Origin: Octopus bimaculoides
Lineage: Eukaryota
Assembly: GCF_001194135.2 (NCBI RefSeq)
Contig: NC_068985.1
Location: forward strand, 88,424,141-88,470,595
Length of the DNA: 46,455 nt
Direction: 5' to 3'
Part shown: one piece after another, positions 38,201 to 46,455 of the stretch
Position numbering within the stretch: the first letter of the stretch is position 1
How the letters are laid out: every line of letters begins with the position of its first letter
The notes under the pieces: model-generated
Told to the model about the DNA's origin: nothing
Seen by the model: the letters and a program-made list of their open reading frames with translations, nothing else
Databases searched by the model: none
Made by a program: the position numbers and the translations under genes

Positions 38201-39480
38201 AGCCCACAACAAAAATTCTGTGAGCAGGTTAAACCCTTTCTATATAACGTAATTGAATGGAATCCCCCAGGGTGATATTGTGGACGTTATAGAACACAGT
38301 AATAGGCCCAAGGTTGCCTATTACGTACACATGCGTTTCACACCCGACTTAGCATTTGCCTTGCTACCTCAGTAATGCTGACTTGAGATATTAGATTACA
38401 AAGATCATAGGAGCATGGAGATCGAAATCCCCTACAAGTATAAGTAGATACGTGTATGGAATGATGGTAAACATATCTTAAGGATCTATAAGATATAATA
38501 CAAGCTACGTGAGAAATTTAGGGATGGGCATTGAATGTTAAGGATAAACATGTGAAGGCTTTTATATTTGCCAATATCACGATGTTTTCTAAGATATTTA
38601 TGAGAAAAATTAATAGAATTTCCTTGAAAAGATTAGAAATGAACAGTTCTTTCGGAACACAATAAATATTTTTTTTCTCTGTAAAATAAAATTGTCTTCT
38701 GTCGTTATACAGTGATTTTTACATTCACGATGGAACAATGCAACATTTTAAGCAATCATTTTTGAAAGTATTGCTTCTATACATCTATTTATTTATCTAT
38801 ATATATATGTATGTATGTATCGACATGTATATACATGCGCACACGCACACATATAATGGAAAGTATATACATATATTCATGGATATAATATATAAAGTGT
38901 TGTTGTTCATATTGCTATTGTGTCATGAGATAATAAGCAAACTCTAGGCTTTAAAGAAAAAAAAATATCTTATACAATCAGAGTATTTAATTCAAATTCT
39001 CCACGTCCAGCCAATTACTGACAATGCCTCATGCAGCTTATATGAAATCATTTTTAAAATTTAAAATATTTCATGTCGAGTCCAACGTAGCTCTCTGCAT
39101 TGTTCTCTCTTTCTCCTGTTGATTTCTATTTCGATCGTGTATGATTATAATAAACATATTATATATATCAGGTGGATCTAATAGAGACGTAGAAAATAAT
39201 GTACAGAAAATTTCCCGAAATTTTTTTTTATTTATATTTTTTGATACAAATGCATTTCTTATATTTGCAGAAAAGATAATGACTGTCTGAACACTCCTTA
39301 TTTTTAGGAATGACAATGTGTGACTTGTTAAGGCAAAATACCCAGCTGAAATATTTTAGAAGTCTATCATCGGTTATTTATTTTTTTTCAGTCCTTTTTG
39401 AATCTCAGAAGTAAAAGAATTGACGATAGATCCATATATGACTTAGAGGTGCTTGCCTGGTTACTGTCATTGTTTAATCT

Positions 39481-39612
39481 TCACATGATGTCTAAATTAT
39501 CCAGTCACATGATGTCAGCAAGCTCCAGTCACATGATGTCCGCATTTTCCAGTCACATGATGTCAGCATTCTCCAGTCACATGATGTCCGCATCCTCCAG
39601 TCACATTAGCTC
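39481..39612. repeat. 24-bp minisatellite, 5 full units plus a partial sixth
   Basis: Units start at 39481, 39505, 39529, 39553, 39577 and 39601: tcacatgatgtc-[7 nt variable]-tccag. Confidence 0.95.
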
Positions 39613-40920
39613 GGTTAACACGTGACATATTTTCAAGGAATATATATCATTTCATTAGCTAATAGGCAATTTTATTATTCGAGGCAAGTTGACTGCATAT
39701 TCTGGCTGGGAGAATCATCACTTAAGAATCTTCTTGTATCTTTTAAGTGTCTTTGCTCTGACAATTGCTCGTGTGATATTTACATATGTATAACTCTTAT
39801 TGGCATCATATCTGTTCATGTAACATCTATTATTTGGATAATCATTGCCTTCAACAATGAACGTATTACAAGTGTTCATAAAAGCATTACCAATTTATAA
39901 GTTGCGGCAACGAAGGTGGTTACGTACAATTTATACTGGGTCAAATTTCATTTATAAAGTTGTTGGTATATCGATTGCTGATGCTGAGTGCAATGCGATG
40001 GCTATAGAAAAAGATCAAATGTATAGATGCACTTTCCAAGTAACAACATTATATGCGTGAAAGTTTTTTTTTTATAAATCATTTACTGCAAGAACGTGGA
40101 CGAAATGTATACAGAAACATTAGCATTTTAGTATTTTAAGAATACCCGGGGAAATTTAGAGGCATCGATTTCTGCAATAGGATGATGGGAATTTAATGCT
40201 GTGAGTGGTGCATGAGTTCAGTTGTGAGGAAGGATAATACTGAAAGAATGAAATAAATATCATTGTTTCTTGAAAGAATGGGACCTTTCGTTCCTCTTCA
40301 TTGCAGACGGAAAGACGAACGTGGTTTATGTATTTCATGGTGAAATTTCATCTGAACTTCTGCTTGTCTATATGTTTCTGGACATGTAATGTTAATGAAT
40401 ACGTAATGGAATGTCTTATGGAACAATGTCGCTTACAGTCACCGCAACGGACCAAGCGTAGATAAGATACTTCAATTATTTAGCTACGCATGTGAACGAA
40501 GTATTATAGTTCAATACAAATTCCACATCCAGATGAATACTGCTCCCATGAGACACATGGTATCATTCTAATAAAGTTTCAAGAACGATCGAGCAGGATT
40601 CACTCAGCACCAAAAACGCGAACTCTAAAAATATTCATTGTGCTTCTTTCTCAGCACGTGAAGTAAACGCCATGACCAACATCTTAATACTTTTGTCTTG
40701 ATGCATCCAGTGCCGATACGGAAAGAAGTGATGGAGACCGATAGCTGATGCTTGACGTAGTTTTCAGCATTCAAATTACAAGAAGGATAACATATGAATG
40801 CTGATATTAAGCTGTTTTGTGTCAAAGCGCAATTGATTATGCGACGAGAAAGTCACACACTTTCTCCTCTCAGACTGAGTTGTATGTACGTATACACATA
40901 CATGCATACATGTATGTATG

Positions 40921-41228
40921 CAGTGGCGGATTAGGTTGTAAATTATTGGTTGCCAGGAGACTAAGGGTGAGGGGGGCACCCGCAACTACAATGCTATCAT
41001 TTAATCCTTTTTTTTGTTTTTGTTTTTGTTAAAAGTATTCTTTTCAACTGTCACCAAACACAGCCAGGTTGAAATAATTAATGCATTCGTCCAGAAATGA
41101 ATAGAAAATATTCAAACTTGAGGGGATGGGCGTCTTAGATACTAACATGGGCCCCCATATATGGATGATAATGGTGCAGTAGCCCACTAACCATCGGGGA
41201 AGCTAGCAACCTGGAGGGTCCACCACTG
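40921..41228. mobile_element. hAT-type non-autonomous element (MITE), about 308 bp
   Basis: TIRs cagtggcgga and tccaccactg (9/10 match). The 8-bp flanks tatgtatg and tatggatg (7/8 match) fit the 8-bp TSD of hAT elements. Confidence 0.72.
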
Positions 41229-41472
41229 TATGGATGTATATATATNNNNNNNNNNNNNNNNNNNNNNNNNNNNNNNNNNNNNNNNNNNNNNNNNNNNNNN
41301 NNNNNNNNNNNNNNNNNNNNNNNNNNNNNNNNNNNNNNNNNNNNNNNNNNNNNNNNNNNNNNNNNNNNNNNNNNNNNNNNNNNNNNNNNNNNNNNNNNNN
41401 NNNNNNNNNNNNNNNNNNNNNNNNNNNNNNNNNNNNNNNNNNNNNNNNNNNNNNNNNNNNNNNNNNNNNNNN

Positions 41473-41506
<34 letters not shown>

Positions 41507-43743
41507 CACCCATACATAGATATATATACACATTCACATATATGCATACAAACTAAAACACATACTGACAAACGTATTCGCACACGCTCACGCACACATA
41601 CTACTACACCCATTCATGTTTATGAAAAGGGAAAAGTAGAATGATGAATTACGTCTCGATGGAAACGTTAAACATAGCTAAGGTAAGTGAAAATGAATTT
41701 ATAAATCGTTACTTAACCCAGAAAGGAAGAGTTTAAAATACATATGGTAAGAATGTAACTTTAGATTTATCTCGTAACAATGATACTAGGGCTTTGACCT
41801 TGTTTCTGATTGTACTTAAATACTGACGCATACTGTTCAAATTACATTGCAATATTTAGCTAATACAATTTTTTAATGTTATTTTCCGAAAGAATATAAT
41901 AAAAATGAATATATTCATGGTATTAATGTAACTTTGTACTTGGCTGTTACGTGAAAGTTAGCTATATCTTTATCAAATAAGTTCTATATAATTATTAACA
42001 TATAAAATAGAAAAACATCTCTAAAATCTTATTGAAGTCTTTCATTATATCTCTGGGCTTTGAATACGTTGTTCAAATCATAAAGTTTGATGATCATAAG
42101 AACATATATTGAGAATCTGATAAAGTCTGACCAGCCTGGCAGCTTGTAATAAATATTGGCACAACATTATTTATGACAGGATATTACACTACTGTCGTTG
42201 GAAAAATCTCTGTTGATCTTGGCCTGAGGTTTCCAGTTCAACTAAAGGAAATATTGTCTCCTCTGAACTCTGCTTTGAATAAATCCTTTAGCAAGTAACC
42301 TTTCTGACCTCCTTTCAAATAATCATGTGTCATAGGATATTATGAGAGAATCCATTTAGCAAGTCGTCTTTAACTAATTATATTTCCACCAACACTGATA
42401 CAACGGCGTAAAGACTGAGAGGACGTAATGTGATATTAGATTTCGTGTTTTTTAATGGATATTAATATAAAATGAATCATTATATGGATCAAAATATTAA
42501 GCGATGCTATCTCGATAATTTAACAAAATTGTCAATCAAATGAAATTTTGATTTAAACATATGATTTCAAATTTTATCAGGAGATACATTTATTTCATAA
42601 GCCATGAGTAATAAATTAACTGGTTACTCCGATTTAAATACGTAGCTATTTAATCTATTTTAAATATATATTGTGCCATGTTTTCAATTTGTTTAGTGTA
42701 ATAAATTTGAATTTAACTTAAATTCTTCACTGAAATAATGTCCCAAAGAAACATCAGAAAACATAATTTTCATTCTCATGATACTATATTCTTGTAACTC
42801 GATACCCGAACCAATATATGTTGACATACAGTGAATATTATTTGTGCTATAGATAAAACATTTGTGGTCGTTAATATTCTTATATGAGTATAATATTTAT
42901 TTAATGGTGCTGTTGATTCAGTCATAGACTTTGAGATATTATTTATTAACTTTCATTATATTATTGACAGCACATAAACTTAAATCAGTAGAGAAATAAA
43001 TCAATTGAATGATTCATCAGTTCGTTGATATTCACTATTTTATGGATTGTATGCTTTGAAAATAAAACACTTCAGGAGTTGTGATTTATTTCAGTTTCAA
43101 CTTTCTTACTTTCAATTATAAATCGAAGACTGGGGAGTCCAACACAGTAAATGATATTAGATAAAGCATTCTCTGGACTTGGTCAGGTTTGAATATATGC
43201 AAACCTGACCATGATTTATCATAGTAATTTATATACTTGTACTTATCTTGGCATACAAATCATAAGCTACGCTATAATGTCAGACAGACACATTATCCCA
43301 TACATTAAAAAAAAATTTACACTGGGCACCATCGAACAGCCAAGATTATTTTTTTAAGCCGATGAATTATAAGAAACATAATTTCCGTGGGGAAACATAC
43401 AAATGGTATGGATATCTGGATAGAGAGGTAGACTTCTTTAGAAGAGGCATCTATTTCTGAATCTCGAGATCTTATTTCACGCGTAGATATATTTAATTTC
43501 ACGTGTCAGCACAATTACCCTCTCCACAATTACACAAGCTCTTCTTCTCTTGAAGTCTTATGAATTCAAAGAGCAAACTGAATAACAGAGGATATGTAAA
43601 ATGTGAATAAGACTTATACGTAATGAATTGAATTACGTTACCGTTCATTATAGAGTCGTGTCACTTCGATAGTTACTGTTTGTTGATGTAATTTCATGTA
43701 AGTAGGCACTCAGTAAAACAAATTTGATTAGGTTTCGACAGAA

Positions 43744-43920
43744 AGGAGCAGGCGTAGTTGGCTGGTAAGAAGCTTGCTTCCCAGTCATATAGTTCCAGGT
43801 TCAGTCCCACTGCGTGGAAATTCGACTTGGTGTTTCCTCCTATAGGCTCGCGGCAACAAAATTTTGCCAGTGGATCTATTACACGGAAAGTGAAAGGAGA
43901 TTAATGTGTGTGTGTTTGTG
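43744..43920 (+). mobile_element. SINE family A, 5' half, truncated at the internal (TG)n
   Basis: ggctggtaagaagcttgcttccc...ccaggttcagtcccactgcgtgg aligns with 9349-9510. Confidence 0.8.
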
Positions 43921-44799
43921 ATTGTGCGTATTTTATTAGTAATGCAACGTTAGGTTTAATTTGAAACCAGTATATTCTGATACGTTACTATTTCTCTTAG
44001 TATAGGAATCGGCGAGGAAAAATTAGAAGAACGAATCGTATTAACCGATCTCATCGCACTGTTAAATACCACCTCCCTTCCCGCAGCATAAAGTAATGAC
44101 GTAAATGTTTGCTACTTCAAAAATCCGGTTAGCGTTCTTTGGTATCCATTTATTTACCGGGTCTCAATTTGTAGTTATTTTGTCTGGTCTGAGTTGATGA
44201 TTGGTGAACATATGTTTATTGGCCTGCGTGAAGAGGTAACTGACAACACCCGCGCCCAATTAACAGAAGATTCTTTTTATTGCAAATAGTGACACAACGT
44301 GCTTGTCTTTTACAAATAACAAGAACCATAATTACATCTTCAGAGAGACATATTGCTTGGAGTTTACGACAAGCGTAAAGATATCGTATTTAGTGACTGT
44401 CCCAACGTAACTAACAACAAATGTGCTCTGTTCGTGATGACAAAGATTCCTGCCTACAGGTGGGACATCTGCCTCAGCATACTGCAATTTCAGGGCCCTT
44501 AAAAAACATGCTTTTTTTAGGGTACAAGAAAAGAATCATGCGAAGGCTTGACGTTGAGTGGATGCATCTGAAACAGATCGCTCGAAATTTCTGGGGTTTG
44601 CTATGTACAACCAGTTACCTTGCGTTTCGGTTTCGAATCACCATTACAGCCGTAACTGGACATTTACAATTTACCAACTTATTCTTCTGATCCCAAGCGA
44701 AGAAATTTTTAATATTTAGATTTAGAGATTTGCTCCATCAGCTATTTGCATTTTCATTCTACTTTCGACTGACGTACTACTGAGAGACTGAATTTAACA

Positions 44800-44803
<4 letters not shown>

Positions 44804-44873
<70 letters not shown>

Positions 44874-44892
44874 GAAGATAGAGAGAGAGAGA
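44804..44892. repeat. (GA)n microsatellite
   Basis: Direct reading. Confidence 0.97.
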
Positions 44893-45572
44893 ATGAAGAA
44901 ACGAAAGGCTTATAAATGTGAAATAAGATTAATGTCACAAATAATTTTACTATATTATTCTCATAATATCAAAGCATTTAGATATAAAATCAAATTCTAA
45001 ATCTTAAAATATCCATTATTTAATTACCTATAATATTTCTACGTTTAAATGCGTTTTAGAGTTCTCTATATATTAGCTTTTCTAGGATAATACAATGTGT
45101 TATCAAGAAATCTTCCAAGGTAACACATTTGAAATAGGTTTTAAAAAAATATCGTTACTTTAAAGTTAATCAGTTATCAATATTTCAGAGAGACATTCAC
45201 ATGCGGCAATACATTTAGTTATTGTTTCGCATTGGTTTAATCTTTTCTTTATTTTCTGATTTGATGAAACTGATCGTATCGCAGAGAAGAGAAATATAAT
45301 TTAAAGGCGCATGAATATTTACAAGAAATAAATTGAACGTTGGTGGATACATGACTCATAATAATTCTAAGGTAAGTTAGCTTGTATGAATATTAAATGG
45401 AATTTATTAAACAAAATAAATATTTCCAAATTTTGTACAATCGTCTTTGACTGACTTACTAAATGTTGCTTGTTAGCTTATTCTACCATTTCTTCATTGC
45501 ACTTCCAACCACTTCACTGGGGAACATATTTATATATATATATATTTGTGAGTGTCTGTGTATGTGAGTGTG

Positions 45573-45626
<54 letters not shown>

Positions 45627-45779
45627 GGGTCAGATATAAGTTAGAGGTTATGCAACCATCTAAAGGGATAGATGTATCTGTAGGCACTCCTGGTGTACTA
45701 CCTCTGTATGTCTAGTCCTTGTTATAAGGTATACAGTAGTAGGTTATTTAAAGGCAAACCGTGGTTTAATATATATTGT

Positions 45780-46389
45780 GACGATAACAAATGGAGCAAT
45801 AATTAACAACGAGAAATGGATCATTGGGGTTTCAAAGTCATTGTTTATTTAAAATAAGAGTATGTTAACAGGTGTTTGTATTTATCAAAATGGGGTAAAT
45901 TTGCATTTACCTCATTACAATTGATATACATCTTCAGAACGATTATAGGGCAAACATAAAATAGAAGGATAAATAGAAGGAAAACAGTAGGGAAAGAAAC
46001 GTAAAATGTTCGTTAAATCATTAGTCTTTCTCTTAGTGACTTACACAATTCTACGAGTCAGTAGGAGAATAAAACAGAAGATAGTTCGTTAAATCCATAG
46101 TCTTATATTTAGTTACGTTCATAATTCCACGTGTCCGTAGGTTCCTACATTCGGTGCTTTGAATTAACGAACATTTTTCCTTTCTTGTCCTTCTATTTTT
46201 CCGTCTTTTTTTCTTTGCTATATAATCGTTCTGAAGATATTTAACAATTGGAACAAGGTAAATGCAAATTTACCCCATTTTGATAAATAGAAACAGCTGG
46301 AAACATACTACTATTTTCGTTAAATAATGACTTTAAAACCCCCGATGATCGACTTCTCATTGTTAATTATTGCTCCATTTCTCATCGTC
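45780..46389. mobile_element. Foldback/MITE-like element with about 240-bp imperfect inverted arms
   Basis: Left arm about 45780-46020, right arm about 46158-46389. Perfect reverse-complement blocks: 34 bp (45879-45912 vs 46256-46289) and 21 bp (45789-45809 vs 46360-46380). Confidence 0.85.
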
Positions 46390-46398
46390 TCTCTTAAA

Positions 46399-46400
<2 letters not shown>

Positions 46401-46455
<55 letters not shown>
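46401..46455. repeat. (CA)n microsatellite at the window end
   Basis: Direct reading. Confidence 0.97.

Noticed and set aside
38257-38290. NGIPQGDIVDVIE, resembling the RT motif GxPQG or an SH3 segment
   Set aside because: There is no downstream YADD-like motif, no other SH3 hallmarks and no credible splice donor.
39481-39612. CRISPR-like repeat-spacer appearance
   Set aside because: The repeat is 17 bp with 7-nt related spacers, there are no cas genes, and the context is eukaryotic. It is a minisatellite.
40426-40461. Cadherin-like motif MSLTVTATDQA (tempting given cephalopod protocadherin expansions)
   Set aside because: It sits in a frame of about 20 codons between stops, with no correctly spaced LDRE or DxNDNxP motifs nearby. 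It is most likely chance.
4065-41644. Long ORFs of 100-308 aa containing X runs (for example 13093-14013, 26187-27113, 27883-28699, 36509-37090, 41135-41644)
   Set aside because: They are artefacts of N-gaps flanked by (TA)n, (CA)n or (GA)n. The IYIY, THTH and LSLS peptides are microsatellite translations.

Overview
AT-rich eukaryotic DNA crowded with repeats and microsatellites. It has 11 N-gaps, most flanked by (TA)n or similar simple repeats. The repeat content looks like a coleoid cephalopod, probably Octopus; this is inferred from recalled SINE consensus sequences, not from a search. I found no intact protein-coding gene, rRNA, true tRNA gene or CRISPR array that I can support. The long ORFs in the supplied track are gap or microsatellite artefacts. 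The window is mainly a transposon graveyard: four decayed mariner copies, one Tc1 copy, a ~1.7 kb non-autonomous Helitron, a ~308 bp hAT-type MITE with a target-site duplication, two L1/Tx1 endonuclease fossils, an R4/Dong-like RT fragment, and about a dozen tRNA-derived SINE copies from three families. Four structures most deserve follow-up. (1) A Helitron carrying two oppositely oriented, inverted-repeat-bounded cassettes of telomere-like TAACCC/TTAGGG variants. (2) A 24-bp array with an invariant 17-mer (an M-box/E-box) and a variable 7-mer, which also lies in frame behind a strong splice acceptor. (3) A ~610 bp foldback element with long arms. (4) A hammerhead-ribozyme-like core in a Penelope-type tail. 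None of these is shown to be a new biological system; they are candidates. All coordinates were read by eye, and element boundaries are approximate unless a terminal motif is quoted.
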